Assembly: GCA_037481835.1 (NCBI GenBank)
Contig: JBBFKW010000010.1
Span: 96,001-160,000 of the forward strand
DNA length: 64,000 bases
Direction: 5' to 3'
DNA from: Desulfosoma sp.
GTDB lineage: Bacteria; Desulfobacterota; Syntrophobacteria; Syntrophobacterales; DSM-9756
Shown here: positions 1-11,667 of the stretch, in pieces
How positions within the stretch are numbered: position 1 is the first letter of the stretch
Layout of the letters: each line of letters begins with the position of its first letter
The notes under the pieces: model-generated
The model's input: the letters and a program-made list of their open reading frames with translations, nothing else
Told to the model about the DNA's origin: nothing
Database searches by the model: none
Position numbers and translations under genes: made by a program

Positions 1-2
1 GA

Positions 3-2507
3 GTGCCCGAAAAGAGTTTGGGCACCATTCGCGATCAAGTCGCGGAGGCACGCTTGGGGCAAACGGGTTTTGTCTTCATCGCCGATGAAGACGGCCGGAT
101 CGTCCTGCACGCCGATCGTACTCTCGAGGGTCAGGACGCGGGGCAAGCGTTGCACATCCCCGACTGGTCCAAACACGTTAAGAACGCCCTCGCCCACAAG
201 GAAACCTTTGTTCCCGTCAAAGGCGCGGACGGCCGGGAACAATTCCTTTCCCTCCTGCACTATCCCGACTGGAAATGGGTCTTGGTGGCCGTGGGTTCTT
301 GGGATGAGTTTACAGGAAAAGCCGCGGAAGCTTCTTTCGGCCAGTTCGCCGAGGAACTCAAGGCCTTGTGGCAGGTCGGCGTCATCCAAACCCCTGATGG
401 GCCGAAAAACCTCTACCCCCAGATTCGTCTCTTGGACGCTTCGGGAATGGAACGCCTGAAACTGGTTGATGGATCGTTGCGGCAGGACCTCGGGTCCCGA
501 GCGGATGCGGAATGGTTTCAGCACGCTTTGAAAGCGGAATCCTTTTACAACACGGGCGTCCAGATCGCTCAGAACACCGGAAAGCCCGAGCTACGGATCG
601 CCGTGCCCGTTCGCGACGAAGGCCGTGTGGAAGGCGTCGTGGTTGTGAACTTGGATTGGTCGGTGGTCTGGGACGTCCTCAAAGGCAAAAAGCACGGCAA
701 GACGGGATACGCCGCCGTCATCGATCCACAGGGCTACATCGTCTCCCATCCCAAGTATTCTTTGGCGGACGGCGTTCGAATCACCGACGACAAATACGGG
801 CAGCTGGCCGTTCTGGTCAAGACAGGGCTCGGAGGCGCCGCGGGATCGGGAACGTACTCCTTCGAGGGTGTGGCCAAATTCATGGCCTATAAACCTTTCG
901 CCATGGGATCCAAGACCTATTTGGTCGTCACCACCATCTCCCAGGACGAATTGATGGGGATGGCCCATCAGGTGGCGGAAAAGCTTGACCGGGGTCGATC
1001 CCACGCCGTGAAATGGGCCGTGGGAATCGCCGCCGCCATGATCCTTTTGGGTATCGGCGTGGCGGTGCTCTTCGGGCGGCGCATCGCCGATCCCATCATC
1101 CGGGCCGTGCACGGCCTTAATGAAGGCGCCGATCAGGTGGCTGCGGCATCCTCCCAGGTGGCCGGATCCAGCCAACAGCTCGCCGAGGGGGCCTCCGAGC
1201 AAGCGGCGTCTCTGGAAGAGACGTCTTCCGCCCTGGAAGAGATGGCCTCCATGACCCGACAAAACGCGGATAACGCCGCACAGGCCAACGCCCTCGTCAA
1301 GAGGTCGGGCGAAGATCTGGCAAAGGCCCAAACGGCCATGATCAGCCTGGAAAAGGCCATGGAAGACATCGAAAAGGCGAGCGAGGAGACCCATAAGATC
1401 ATCAAGACCATCGACGAGATCGCCTTCCAGACCAATCTCCTTGCGCTGAACGCCGCCGTGGAAGCAGCCCGGGCCGGGGAAGCGGGCGCGGGATTCGCCG
1501 TGGTGGCCGACGAGGTGCGCAGCCTCGCCATGAGAGCCGCCGAGGCGGCGCGAAACACCTCCGGGATTATCGAGGAAACCGTGCGCAAGGTCCGAACGGG
1601 ACTCGAAGCCGCGACGCTGGTGTCGCGATCTTTTGCCGAGGTGGCCGAATCGGCGGGCAAGATCGGCGAACTTGTGGCGGAAATCGCCGCCGCCAGCGGA
1701 GAACAGGCGGAAGGGATCGATCAGGTGAACCGGGCTGTGGCCGAAATGGACAAAGTGGTCCAGCGCAACGCCGCCAACGCGGAAGAATCGGCTTCCGCCA
1801 GTGAAGAACTGAGCGCCCAGGCCGCCGTGGTCCGGGAATACGTCCAGGAACTCGCCCGGGTTGTGGGGCTGGTGAGTGAGGCCGTCCGTGAAAAAGCAAA
1901 GGATGCCCTCCCCGAGGAGTCTTTGGAATTTCCTGAAGAAACGGACGGTGGAAGCCCGGATCCGGCCCCTCACAGGCCGGAGCGCTTTTCCGGCGCGCAT
2001 GTTGCCACTCCTGCAGCCCCGCGGCGAGCCATGGTCAAAGAGCCACTCCACGGGCCGAAGGCCGCCCTGGTGGCTCTAAACACGCGGCGCATCAAACCGC
2101 TGATGGAATGGAATCCCGAGTATTCGGTGGGGGATTTCGACATCGACCAACAGCACCAGAAGCTCTTCAAGATGGTCAACCGCCTCAATGAAGCCATGCA
2201 AACGGGGCAAGGCCGGAGCCTCCTGGGGCGGCTCCTCATGGATCTGACGGACTACACCCGGAAACACTTCCAAGCGGAAGAGCAGGCCATGGAGCGGGCC
2301 GGATATCCGGATCTGGAAGCCCACCGGGAAGTGCACGAAAAGCTCACCCGCCAGGTGGCAGACATCGTGGAGCGGTTCCAAAGCGGTGAAACGGGCCTCA
2401 CCCTGGACGTCATGCGGTTTTTGGAACAGTGGCTCAAGAAGCACATTCTCGGCATGGACAAAAAATACGCCCCCTATTTGCATAGCGAAAAGGAAGCAGT
2501 ATTTTAA
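3..2507 (+). CDS. Methyl-accepting chemotaxis protein with Cache-type periplasmic domains and C-terminal hemerythrin (DcrH-like); probably 5'-partial
   Basis: MCP signature [36 protein letters not shown] helix; C-terminal hemerythrin ligands (QHQKL, HFQAEE, HREVH, HILGMD). Confidence 0.9.
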   Translation: MPEKSLGTIRDQVAEARLGQTGFVFIADEDGRIVLHADRTLEGQDAGQALHIPDWSKHVKNALAHKETFVPVKGADGREQFLSLLHYPDWKWVLVAVGSWDEFTGKAAEASFGQFAEELKALWQVGVIQTPDGPKNLYPQIRLLDASGMERLKLVDGSLRQDLGSRADAEWFQHALKAESFYNTGVQIAQNTGKPELRIAVPVRDEGRVEGVVVVNLDWSVVWDVLKGKKHGKTGYAAVIDPQGYIVSHPKYSLADGVRITDDKYGQLAVLVKTGLGGAAGSGTYSFEGVAKFMAYKPFAMGSKTYLVVTTISQDELMGMAHQVAEKLDRGRSHAVKWAVGIAAAMILLGIGVAVLFGRRIADPIIRAVHGLNEGADQVAAASSQVAGSSQQLAEGASEQAASLEETSSALEEMASMTRQNADNAAQANALVKRSGEDLAKAQTAMISLEKAMEDIEKASEETHKIIKTIDEIAFQTNLLALNAAVEAARAGEAGAGFAVVADEVRSLAMRAAEAARNTSGIIEETVRKVRTGLEAATLVSRSFAEVAESAGKIGELVAEIAAASGEQAEGIDQVNRAVAEMDKVVQRNAANAEESASASEELSAQAAVVREYVQELARVVGLVSEAVREKAKDALPEESLEFPEETDGGSPDPAPHRPERFSGAHVATPAAPRRAMVKEPLHGPKAALVALNTRRIKPLMEWNPEYSVGDFDIDQQHQKLFKMVNRLNEAMQTGQGRSLLGRLLMDLTDYTRKHFQAEEQAMERAGYPDLEAHREVHEKLTRQVADIVERFQSGETGLTLDVMRFLEQWLKKHILGMDKKYAPYLHSEKEAVF

Positions 2508-2599
2508 TTTTGAAGCGCGGTGCGGTTGCCTTGAAAGGCCGAGGGCGGCTGCCGAGCCATCTTGAGCGGTTCAGAGGCACGGGGGCAAGGAGGCTCCCC

Positions 2600-3760
2600 A
2601 TGCGCTACTCGAGGCATGGGAAAAGACGGGTTTTACGAGTCCTGGCGGCGGCATTGTGGCTCACCGTGATCGGTGCCGCATGCCAGCGGGAGCCCATAAA
2701 GATCGGGTTTTCGGGAACGCTCACGGGCCCCTTCTCGGATCTGGGCATCCACGGGCGAAACGGCGCCCGCATGGCCGTGGAGGCGATCAACGAAGCCGGG
2801 GGCGTTGTCGGCCGCCCCTTGGAGCTCGTGGTCATGGATGACGAAGGCACCCCGGAAGGGGCGGTCCAGGCGGACAGGAATCTGGCGGCGCTCGGCGTCG
2901 CGGCCATCATCGGCCACATGACCAGCGCCTTGTCCATGGCCGCCCTTCCGATCACCCAGGAAACGGGCGTCCCCCTCGTTTCGCCCACCACCTCCACGCC
3001 GCTCCTCAAAGGGCGCAAGGACCTCTTCTTCAGAGTCCAGCCGACCACAGACGCCACCGCCCGCGCCCTGGCCCGGTGGATTACCGGCAAACCCTCCTTG
3101 AAAACCGTCTGCACCATTCGAGATACCCGAAACGATGCCTACAGCGCGCCGTGGGAAGGGGCTTTCGTCGAAGAATACGTAAGGTTGAACGGTCCCCATG
3201 GGATTTCCTGTCGGCTGACGTATGGAGACACGGGGCCGAAGGTTGTCGAGGCCGTGATGAGTTCTCTCCATGTCGCGCGGCCGGATGCCCTGCTTCTCGT
3301 GAGTTCGGGTCGAGATGCCGCCTTTTTTCTGCGCGTCTTCGCTTCCGAAGGGATCAAGAGTCAAATCTTGAGCTCCGCTTGGGCCCAAACGGAAGCCTTC
3401 CTCGCCGAATCGGGCCCCCTTGCGGAAAACCTTTTTTTTGCCTCCGAAAATATGCCGACGGACAGTTCCTTACGACTCCGCAACTTTTCCTGGCAGTATC
3501 GCAAACGTTTCGGCGTCGCGCCCTCCTTTGCCGCCGTAAGAGCCTACGAAGCCGTGCAGTTGACGGCGTCGGCCTTGAACGAAACGGCGGGACGGCGGGA
3601 CGGCTTGGTCAAAGCGCTCTCAACGCCTCGAACGATTGACGGCCTCTATGGTCCGTTGACCATCGACTCCTACGGCGACGCCTCGGGGCCGTATTTTATC
3701 GTCAGCGTGAAAGAAGGCCGATTCGTGGTCTTGGAATTCTTACCGGGAGCTTCTCCGTGA
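2600..3760 (+). CDS. Branched-chain amino acid (LivJ/K-type) periplasmic binding lipoprotein, probably sensor-associated
   Basis: Lipobox GAAC; IKIGFSGTLTGPFSDLG and INEAGGVVGRPLELVVMDD; overlaps the kinase start; AGGAGG RBS before ATG 2600. Confidence 0.85.
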   Translation: MRYSRHGKRRVLRVLAAALWLTVIGAACQREPIKIGFSGTLTGPFSDLGIHGRNGARMAVEAINEAGGVVGRPLELVVMDDEGTPEGAVQADRNLAALGVAAIIGHMTSALSMAALPITQETGVPLVSPTTSTPLLKGRKDLFFRVQPTTDATARALARWITGKPSLKTVCTIRDTRNDAYSAPWEGAFVEEYVRLNGPHGISCRLTYGDTGPKVVEAVMSSLHVARPDALLLVSSGRDAAFFLRVFASEGIKSQILSSAWAQTEAFLAESGPLAENLFFASENMPTDSSLRLRNFSWQYRKRFGVAPSFAAVRAYEAVQLTASALNETAGRRDGLVKALSTPRTIDGLYGPLTIDSYGDASGPYFIVSVKEGRFVVLEFLPGASP

Positions 3761-6757
3761 GCGCGAAGCCGTCTCTACAGGACCTGGTCCATGCCTTCTT
3801 CTTCAAGCGGCTGCTCCTCCCGTTTGCCCTCGTGACCCTATGCGCCCTGGGGACCGTGGGCGCTTGGCAGATGCGCGAACTGTATCGCGACCATGCCTTC
3901 TTCGTGAAAGTCCTCGATCGCTATGTGACGTCGCTTCTTTCCAGCGCCCATAAGACTCTTCGGGAACAGGCCCTGGCCTATGAAGAGTCGGCGGCCATCG
4001 GAAAGGAATTGTCGTTTTCATCCCCCGTCGGATTTCATCGGGTCTTTGTCTTCCAAGCACCTTGGGATCAGTTTTCAGGCGGGGCGTCCATGGTCCACAC
4101 GCCTCCGGGTGTGGATATTCCACTGTCGTATTTTCCCAAGTGGGACGAATGGCCCATGCTTTCCATTCCCTATTTCAGTGGCCGGCTGAACACCCTGACT
4201 TTGGCCGTCATGGTCCGGGCCGATCATTTCGCCGCCGTGGGAGAATTGAACCTGGAGTCCCTGGAAAAGCTCATCGGAGACTTTTCACAAAGCGCTCCCG
4301 AAAACCTAGTCATCGTCCTCGACCGCTACGGCAACGTCATCTACCATCCCAACCCTCGGATCATGCGCTCTCAGGAAAACCTAAGCTATGAACCTCTCGT
4401 GAAAAGAGCGCTCACTTATTGGCAGCCTCGGGCTCTTTTCGACACCCTGGAGGGTCGGCTCGTCTTCGCTTACTGTTGGCGCGTCGCCCCGTGGGATTGG
4501 ATTCTTTTGGTGGGAAAGCCCGTCAGCCACGCCCTCATCCCGTCCCTTTTCTGGGGGGTCTTGACGGCGGCTTCCGGCTTTTTCCTGCTCTTTTTCGTGC
4601 TCATGAACTTTCGGCGGCGCCTGGGGCATCTCGTCGTCCGCCCCATCACGCTCATGACAAATGTTCTGGAAGCCGTCGCCCGCAAGAGGGACGTCCCGAA
4701 CCTGGAACCGCTGGCCAGGGAGGCCCCTTTTTCCGAGCTTGCCCTTTTTGCCCGGGAGCTGCAGCGCACGTCCCAAGCCGTCAAAGAACGGGAAGCCGCC
4801 CTCACGGCCCAAGGACGGGAAATGAACCGCATCCTGGAATCCATCGGCGACGGTGTGATTCTCGCCGACGCGCAGGGGCGGATCGTCCGCATGAACGCGG
4901 AAGCCGAACATCTCACCGGTTGGCCTCGCACTCAAGCCCAAGGCCGCCCCGTGAAGCGGGTCCTGGCCATCGCCGACGTCAAGACAGGACAACCTGTCGA
5001 AGACCTCACCCATCAGGTGCTCACCACCGGGGCCGCCCGAAAATTCCCCAGGCACGCCGTCATGAGCGCCGCGGACGGATCCACGGCCTTCGTAACCCTG
5101 AGTGCGGCCCCTGTGCGAGACGAAAACGGCACGATCCAAGGGGCCGTCGTCGTTTTTCGGGACGCCGGGGCGGAGTACGAGGCGCAACGGCTTCTCGAGG
5201 AAAGCGAACGCAAATATCGCGAGATCATGGAAAGCATGGAAGAGGCCTACATGGAACTGGCCCCCAACGGTCGGGTCACCTTTAGCAACCCGGCGTTACT
5301 GAAAATCTTGGACTGCTCCTGGGAAGAGCTTCAAACCCGGACCTATCGAGATTTTACCGATGAAGCCACCGCTGAAAGCATGCGGGCATTCTTTTCGGAG
5401 ATCTTTGCCACGGGAAGTTCCCATGGTCTGAAGGATTTCGTCATCCAAGACGCCTCGGGACGTCGCAAGGTCGTGGAAATTTCCGCGGGGGTGCGCCGGG
5501 ACGAAGAGGGCCGGCCCATCGGCTTCCGCGTCCTAGCCCGGGATATCACGGAAAAGACGGAAGCTTTGGAACGCAGTCGCACTCTCGAACGCATGCTCAC
5601 GCACACGCAGAAAATGGAATCCCTCGGCACGCTGGCCAGCGGGATCGCCCATGAATTCAACAACCTTCTCCAGGCCATGTCCGGATACTTGGAAATGGCC
5701 CTGAACAAGACCGACCCCGAGGATCCTCGAAGCCGATGGCTGACCCGGGTTCAAGAAGCGTCCTTCAAAGCACGAGACCTGGTCCGAAGACTGCTGTCCT
5801 TCGCCCGGCAAAGCGAACCCGCCCTGGAATCCATGGACTTCAACCAGGTCGTGGAAGACACTCTGGATCTCTTAAAAAAAGAGCATCCCTCGCATGATCG
5901 AAATCCGCAAGGACTTGGCGCCGGATCTTCCCGTGCTCGTCGCCGATCGTCTCCAGGTCGAACAGGTGGTCATCAACCTCACGGCCAACGCCCGAGACGC
6001 CATCGGGTCGGACAAGTCGGGCGTTATCCGCGTGCGAACGGCCTCGCACAACGACGAGCGCGGTCGGGAGTGGATCCGCCTGGAAGTGTCCGATACGGGA
6101 TCGGGGATCCCGGAAGAGATCCGCGACCGGATCTTCGATCCGTTCTTTACCACGAAGGAGCCGGGTAAAGGAACGGGCCTCGGCCTTTCCACCATCTACG
6201 GGATCGTCACCGCCCACGAGGGGCGGATCGAGTGCGAAAGCCAGGTGGGCCGAGGAACCACGTTTCGGGTGGACTTCCCGGTGAGGGCCTGGATGGAGGA
6301 GGCGGCTAAGCCCGACGAGCGGGATCACGGTTCGCGAGGGCATGAGGCCCCCGCCGGGGGAGGCGTGCTCCTCGTAGACGACGAAGAGTCCCTCCTGGAG
6401 CTTCTTCACAGCCTTCTCGAGATGGCCGGTTACACGGTGCGCACGGCACCGTCGGGGGAAGAAGCCTTGGCTTTATTGGCGCAGAGTAACGGGCGCGTCG
6501 ATGCGGTGATCCTGGACTTGAGCATGCCGGGGATGGGAGGCCGCCGTTGCCTCGAAATCCTCAAGGAAAGATACCCGGGCCTTCCGGTCATCGTGGCCAG
6601 CGGGGATGCGGCTCATGAAATCTTTCGAAACCCGGAAAAATTCGGGGCTCGAGACGTCATCCTCAAGCCGTATCGCCTCAATAACCTCCTCGAGGCCCTC
6701 CAAAAGGTCCTCACACCGTCGGCAGGCGAAGCCGGTGCGGATAAGGGTGCAGCATAA
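3757..6757 (+). pseudogene. Hybrid sensor histidine kinase (Cache-PAS-PAS-HisKA-HATPase-REC) frameshifted at an A7 run (5874-5880)
   Basis: H-box GIAHEFNNLL in the 3757 frame; N/G boxes ([31 protein letters not shown]) and REC in the 5894 frame; removing one A joins them ([15 protein letters not shown]). Confidence 0.85.
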
Positions 6758-7778
6758 AATCCGCCAGGGTCAGGAGCACCATGGCTTCGCATACGGGAAC
6801 GATCCGGGGAATGGCCGAAACGTCATGGCGGCCTTCAATCCGAACGGTGGTTTCCCGACCGTCGCGGGTCACCGTTTTTTGAGGCACGGCCACAGACGGG
6901 ATGGGCTTGACGGCCACGCGGATCACCACGTCCATGCCGGTGGAAAGCCCGCCGAGGACACCGCCGGCGTTGTTGGATGCATAGCCTTCAGGCGTGACGG
7001 GATCGTTATGAAGGCTTCCCGGCATAGAGGCCGCCTGGAACCCGGAGCCGATTTCCACGCCCTTGACGGCCCCGATGGACATAAGAGCCGCCGCCAGCCT
7101 GGCGTCCAACTTGTCGAAGACGGGTTCCCCCAACCCGGCGGGGCATCCGGAGGCCATGACGAGGACGACGCCGCCCACCGAGTCCCCGGCGGCTTTGACG
7201 GCCTTGAGGTGCTCCTCCATGGCTCGAGCGGCCTCCGGGTTCGGGCAGAAAACAGGGTTTCTGAGGGCTTCGTCCCAGTCTGTGGGGTCGCAGTGCACCG
7301 GGCCTAAAGCGACGGTTCCGGCACGGACGCGGATGCCCTCCCGCGCCAAGAATTTTCGGGCCACGGCCCCGGCAGCCACCCGGGCCACCGTTTCTCGGCC
7401 GGAACTGCGCCCACCGCCGCGCCAATCGCGGATGCCGTACTTTTGCTCATAGGTGCGATCGGCATGGCCGGGTCGATAGAGATCCTTCAAGGCTTCGTAA
7501 TCGCGGCTGCGAACGTCTTTGTTTTCGATAATGAGGCTGATCGGGGTGCCGGTGGTGAGTCCCTCGAAAACGCCGGAAAGAATGCGCACCGTGTCCGGTT
7601 CCTTGCGGGCTGTGGTGAGCTTCTTTCCGGGCCGGCGCCGTTCCAGGTCGTCTTGAATGTCGGCTTCACAAAGCGGGATGCCCGGGGGGCAGCCATCGAT
7701 CACCGCGCCCAGGGCGGGGCCGTGGGATTCGCCCCAGGTCATCACCCGAAAAAGCCGCCCGAAGGTGTTGCCTGCCAT
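6711..7778 (-). CDS. aroC: Chorismate synthase
   Basis: MAGNTFG...GESHG, RPGHAD, GGGRSSGRET, GRHD motifs. Confidence 0.97.
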   Translation of the reverse strand: MAGNTFGRLFRVMTWGESHGPALGAVIDGCPPGIPLCEADIQDDLERRRPGKKLTTARKEPDTVRILSGVFEGLTTGTPISLIIENKDVRSRDYEALKDLYRPGHADRTYEQKYGIRDWRGGGRSSGRETVARVAAGAVARKFLAREGIRVRAGTVALGPVHCDPTDWDEALRNPVFCPNPEAARAMEEHLKAVKAAGDSVGGVVLVMASGCPAGLGEPVFDKLDARLAAALMSIGAVKGVEIGSGFQAASMPGSLHNDPVTPEGYASNNAGGVLGGLSTGMDVVIRVAVKPIPSVAVPQKTVTRDGRETTVRIEGRHDVSAIPRIVPVCEAMVLLTLADFMLHPYPHRLRLPTV

Positions 7779-8048
7779 GAGATTTCTCCTCCTCGGTGAC
7801 GGGATGAGCGCGCCGCCATGAAACGCATTCCATGTGGGCGTGGCCTTGTGCTTCAAGGGGCCGGTCGTCCGTTCCAACCCCTGGGTCGACCCGGGCCCTC
7901 AACGCCCCCCGTTCCCGGCCGTCCCGGAGCGCACCCGTCCACGACCGCGCTTGACTCCTCCGCTCAGGGCGTTATTTTTCAGTAGGCTTTTCAGCATAGA
8001 AAAAACATTGCGGGGTTTGAAGGAGAAAGTCGAAGAGGTCGGGGCACC

Positions 8049-8363
8049 ATGAGCGAACACAGGCCGGACATGCGGGAAATCCTCGAAAGCCAATTGGAAG
8101 AGGAGTTGCTGGAACCCCCCATGTTCAAGGTTCTCCTCCACAATGACGATTACACCACCATGGAGTTTGTGGTGGAGATTTTGGAAAAGGTTTTTCACAA
8201 GTCCACGGCCGAAGCCACGGAGATCATGCTCCACGTGCATCGCAACGGGGTGGGGGTCTGCGGCGTTTATCCCGAAGAAATTGCGGAAACCAAGGTGGAA
8301 ATGGTGCACCATTTGGCCCGCAAGAACGGCTTTCCTCTGAAGTGCACCATGGAACACGCCTAA
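8049..8363 (+). CDS. clpS: ATP-dependent Clp protease adaptor ClpS
   Basis: [13 protein letters not shown] motif; upstream of clpA. Confidence 0.97.
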   Translation: MSEHRPDMREILESQLEEELLEPPMFKVLLHNDDYTTMEFVVEILEKVFHKSTAEATEIMLHVHRNGVGVCGVYPEEIAETKVEMVHHLARKNGFPLKCTMEHA

Positions 8364-8385
8364 GGCAAGGAGAAAGGTTCCCGCC

Positions 8386-10686
8386 ATGATCAGCCGGGAA
8401 TTGGAGATGGCCTTTTCGGCGGCGGTGCGGGAAGCTAAAGCGCGCCGCCACGAGTTTTTCACTCTGGAACACATCCTCTACGCCATCGTGCACGATGCGG
8501 GAGGCGCCGAGATCCTCTACCACTGCGGCGCGGACCTGGACCGGCTCAAGCAGCAACTGGAAGAGTTTTTCGAGCATCGGTTGGAACGACTGCCCAAAGC
8601 GGTGGAAAGAGACCCCATCCAGACCTTGGCGGTGCAAAGGGTGCTCCAAAGGGCCGTGATGCATGCTCAGGGCGCCGAAAAACGCCACGTGGACGTGGGC
8701 GACATCCTGGCCGCCATGTTCCACGAGGAAAACTCCCACGCCGTCTATTTCCTGAAAACCCACGGCGTGACCCGCCTGGATGTGCTGGAGTACATCTCCC
8801 ATCGCATTTCCAAGGTTTCCGGATCCGTCGATGAAGAGGGGGATCGGCCCGGCGCCGGGCTCGCCCCGCGCCCGCAGCGGCAACCCGCAAAACCGACGGC
8901 CTTGGAACGGTTTACCACGAACCTGACGGAAAGGGCGGCCCAGGGGCTCATCGACCCGCTGATCGGGCGGGAAACGGAAATCCTGCGCACCCTGCAAATC
9001 CTCGGGCGGCGCACCAAGAACAACCCCATCCTCGTCGGGGATCCCGGCGTCGGCAAGACGGCCATCGCCGAAGGTTTGGCCCTGAAGATCCATCGAAAGG
9101 AAGTGCCCGAAAGCTTCCACAAAGCGGAGATTTACGCTCTGGACATGGGCGCTCTTCTGGCCGGGACCAAGTTCCGGGGAGACTTCGAGGCGCGCCTCAA
9201 GGCCGTCATCAACGAACTCAAGAGCAAACCTGGGGCCATCCTCTTCATCGACGAAATCCACACCGTGGTGGGTGCCGGCGCCACCAGCGGCGGCTCCATG
9301 GACGCCTCCAACATCCTCAAACCCGTGTTGGCTTCCGGCATGATCCGGTGCATCGGGTCAACGACTTATGAAGAATACAAGAACCATTTCGAAAAGGATC
9401 GGGCTCTGAGCCGGCGGTTTCAGAAGATTGAAATCCATGAACCCAGCGTGGAAGAAACCTACCAAATCCTTCAGGGGCTTCGGGAGTCTTACGAAAAGCA
9501 CCACAGGGTGAAGTATACCGCCGCGGCCCTGAAAGCCGCCGCAGAACTTTCGGCACGGCACATCAACGACAGGTACCTGCCGGACAAGGCCATCGACGTC
9601 ATGGACGAAGCCGGAGCCAGCTTGCGCCTCAAGGATCACAGCCGCGCGCGGCGCGTGGTGCACGTGAAGGACATTGAAGAGGTTGTGGCCAAGATGGCCA
9701 AGATCCCGCCTCGATCGGTTTCGGCCTCCGACCAGCTAAGGCTCCAAAACTTGGAGGAGGAACTCAAAGGCAAGGTTTTCGGCCAGGACGACGCCATCAA
9801 GGCGTTGACCACGGCCATCAAGAGGTCCCGGGCGGGACTGCGCGTGCCGGATCGCCCCATCGGGTCCTTTCTTCTCATCGGCCCCACCGGCGTGGGGAAA
9901 ACCGAAGTCGCCAAGCAGCTCGCCGCCATTTTGGGGATCCATTTCCTTCGGTTCGACATGAGCGAATACATGGAAAAACACGCGGTAGCCCGACTCATCG
10001 GCGCCCCTCCCGGCTACATCGGCTTCGATCAGGGGGGGCTCCTCACCGATGCCATTCGCAAACACCCGCATTGCGTCCTGTTGATGGACGAAATCGAAAA
10101 AGCCCACCCGGATCTTTTCAGCATCCTCCTGCAGGTGATGGACTACGCCACCTTGACGGACAACAACGGCAAGAAGGCCGATTTTCGAAACGTCGTGCTC
10201 TTGATGACGTCCAACGCCGGAGCCCGGGAAATGAGCAGCAGTTCCATCGGCTTCGGCACCGCCAAGGAAAAGGACGACCGCGCAGCCAAGGGCATGAAGG
10301 CCGTGGAACAGTTGTTCAGCCCCGAGTTCCGCAACCGCCTGGACGGCATTATCCCCTTTGCCGGCTTGGATCTTTCCATCATGGAAAAGATCGTGGACAA
10401 GTTCATGGAAGAACTCAGCCGCCAGTTGGTGGAAAAGAAAATCGCCATCGAGCTTTCCGCCCAAGCCCGCCGATGGTTGGCCGAAAAAGGCTATGACCCC
10501 GCTTTCGGCGCCCGGCCCCTCGCCCGCGTGGTCCAGACGGAAATCAAAGATTTTCTGGCCGAAGAGATCCTTTTCGGCCGTTTGCAGAAAGGCGGCCGGG
10601 TCACGGTCATGCGCCCCTCGGAAGTGCCCGAGGGAGCAGATGCGCTGAGGACCGATTCCATGGCTTTCGTGTTTCAGGGGTCATGA
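8386..10686 (+). CDS. clpA: ATP-dependent Clp protease ATP-binding subunit ClpA
   Basis: Two Walker A motifs ([16 protein letters not shown]), IGF loop, no ClpB middle domain, clpS adjacent. Confidence 0.96.
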   Translation: MISRELEMAFSAAVREAKARRHEFFTLEHILYAIVHDAGGAEILYHCGADLDRLKQQLEEFFEHRLERLPKAVERDPIQTLAVQRVLQRAVMHAQGAEKRHVDVGDILAAMFHEENSHAVYFLKTHGVTRLDVLEYISHRISKVSGSVDEEGDRPGAGLAPRPQRQPAKPTALERFTTNLTERAAQGLIDPLIGRETEILRTLQILGRRTKNNPILVGDPGVGKTAIAEGLALKIHRKEVPESFHKAEIYALDMGALLAGTKFRGDFEARLKAVINELKSKPGAILFIDEIHTVVGAGATSGGSMDASNILKPVLASGMIRCIGSTTYEEYKNHFEKDRALSRRFQKIEIHEPSVEETYQILQGLRESYEKHHRVKYTAAALKAAAELSARHINDRYLPDKAIDVMDEAGASLRLKDHSRARRVVHVKDIEEVVAKMAKIPPRSVSASDQLRLQNLEEELKGKVFGQDDAIKALTTAIKRSRAGLRVPDRPIGSFLLIGPTGVGKTEVAKQLAAILGIHFLRFDMSEYMEKHAVARLIGAPPGYIGFDQGGLLTDAIRKHPHCVLLMDEIEKAHPDLFSILLQVMDYATLTDNNGKKADFRNVVLLMTSNAGAREMSSSSIGFGTAKEKDDRAAKGMKAVEQLFSPEFRNRLDGIIPFAGLDLSIMEKIVDKFMEELSRQLVEKKIAIELSAQARRWLAEKGYDPAFGARPLARVVQTEIKDFLAEEILFGRLQKGGRVTVMRPSEVPEGADALRTDSMAFVFQGS

Positions 10687-10723
10687 AAGGCGGGGGCAGA
10701 CCGATGCTCATCCAGAAGGCCCC

Positions 10724-11413
10724 ATGGCGATCTTCAGCCTGAACCAAGAACTGGCGTTTCCGCCGCCGGAATTGGCAGAACCGGACGGTCTTTTGGCCAT
10801 CGGAGGGGACCTCAGCCCCCGGAGGCTTCTGTTGGCCTACCGGCTCGGCATCTTTCCGTGGTACGCCCCGGGAACCCCCATCTTGTGGTGGTCCCCGGAC
10901 CCCCGGCTGGTGCTCTTTCCCGACGAGTTGAAAATCTCCCACAGCCTGAGGCGCGTCCTAAAGAAGGGCCGCTTTCAGGTCACGTTCGATGCGGCTTTTC
11001 GGGAGGTGATCGAGGCCTGCGCCTTGGTCCGGGTGGGCAAAGGGGAAGAAACCTGGTTGGTTCCGGAAATGATCGAAGCCTACCATCGGTTGCACCGCCT
11101 CGGGGCGGCCCACAGTGTGGAATCCTGGCTCGACGGCACACTTGTCGGGGGCCTCTACGGTGTGGCCCTGGGCCGGGTCTTTTTCGGTGAATCCATGTTC
11201 AGCCTGGTCTCGGACGCTTCCAAGGTGGCCTTGGTGCACCTTGTGGAGCGCCTCAAGGCCTTCGACTTTGCTTTCATCGACTGCCAAGTTACCACAGCCC
11301 ATCTCAAGCGCATGGGCGCCCGCGAAATCCCCCGATCGGAATTCCTGAAAAGACTTCAAGGGGCCACGCGCCGGCCCACACCCGCCTTTTGGCGTCCCGA
11401 CCCCTCGCCATAA
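10724..11413 (+). CDS. aat: Leucyl/phenylalanyl-tRNA--protein transferase
   Basis: GLLAIGGDL, GIFPW, WWSPDPR, GESMFS, DASK, DCQ motifs. Confidence 0.96.
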   Translation: MAIFSLNQELAFPPPELAEPDGLLAIGGDLSPRRLLLAYRLGIFPWYAPGTPILWWSPDPRLVLFPDELKISHSLRRVLKKGRFQVTFDAAFREVIEACALVRVGKGEETWLVPEMIEAYHRLHRLGAAHSVESWLDGTLVGGLYGVALGRVFFGESMFSLVSDASKVALVHLVERLKAFDFAFIDCQVTTAHLKRMGAREIPRSEFLKRLQGATRRPTPAFWRPDPSP

Positions 11414-11422
11414 AAGGACTCG

Positions 11423-11540
11423 GCCACCGACCCCGCCCCTGAATCGGCCAACGCACCGCCCTGCCGTCGTGAGTTGCTCGGCGCACCGCCCTGCCTTCAT
11501 GAGTCGACCGAAGCACCGCCATCCCTGGAGTGAGTTGCCG
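11423..11540. repeat. Degenerate ~30-bp tandem repeat, about 4 units
   Basis: GCACCGCC...TGAGT units at 11453, 11483, 11513 plus a weaker unit at 11423. Confidence 0.75.
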
Positions 11541-11568
11541 TGTTGGGGTTCGCGGCACTCAGCCCAAA
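11541..11568. repeat. REP-like palindrome (same family as 20697-20725)
   Basis: TGTTGGGGTTCGCGGCACTCAGCCCAAA. Confidence 0.6.
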
Positions 11569-11667
11569 TTCCATCCTTCAGAGAACATTTCCCTTGAATC
11601 ACCCTCATGTTGTGCTAAAAGCGAAACGCCTTAAGGCAGCATCTCACATGAAGGAGGATCCATCGGA

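Noticed and set aside
11423..11540. CRISPR array or lysine riboswitch upstream of lysC
   Set aside because: 30-bp period leaves no unique spacers, no cas genes are present, and no L-box consensus is recognisable
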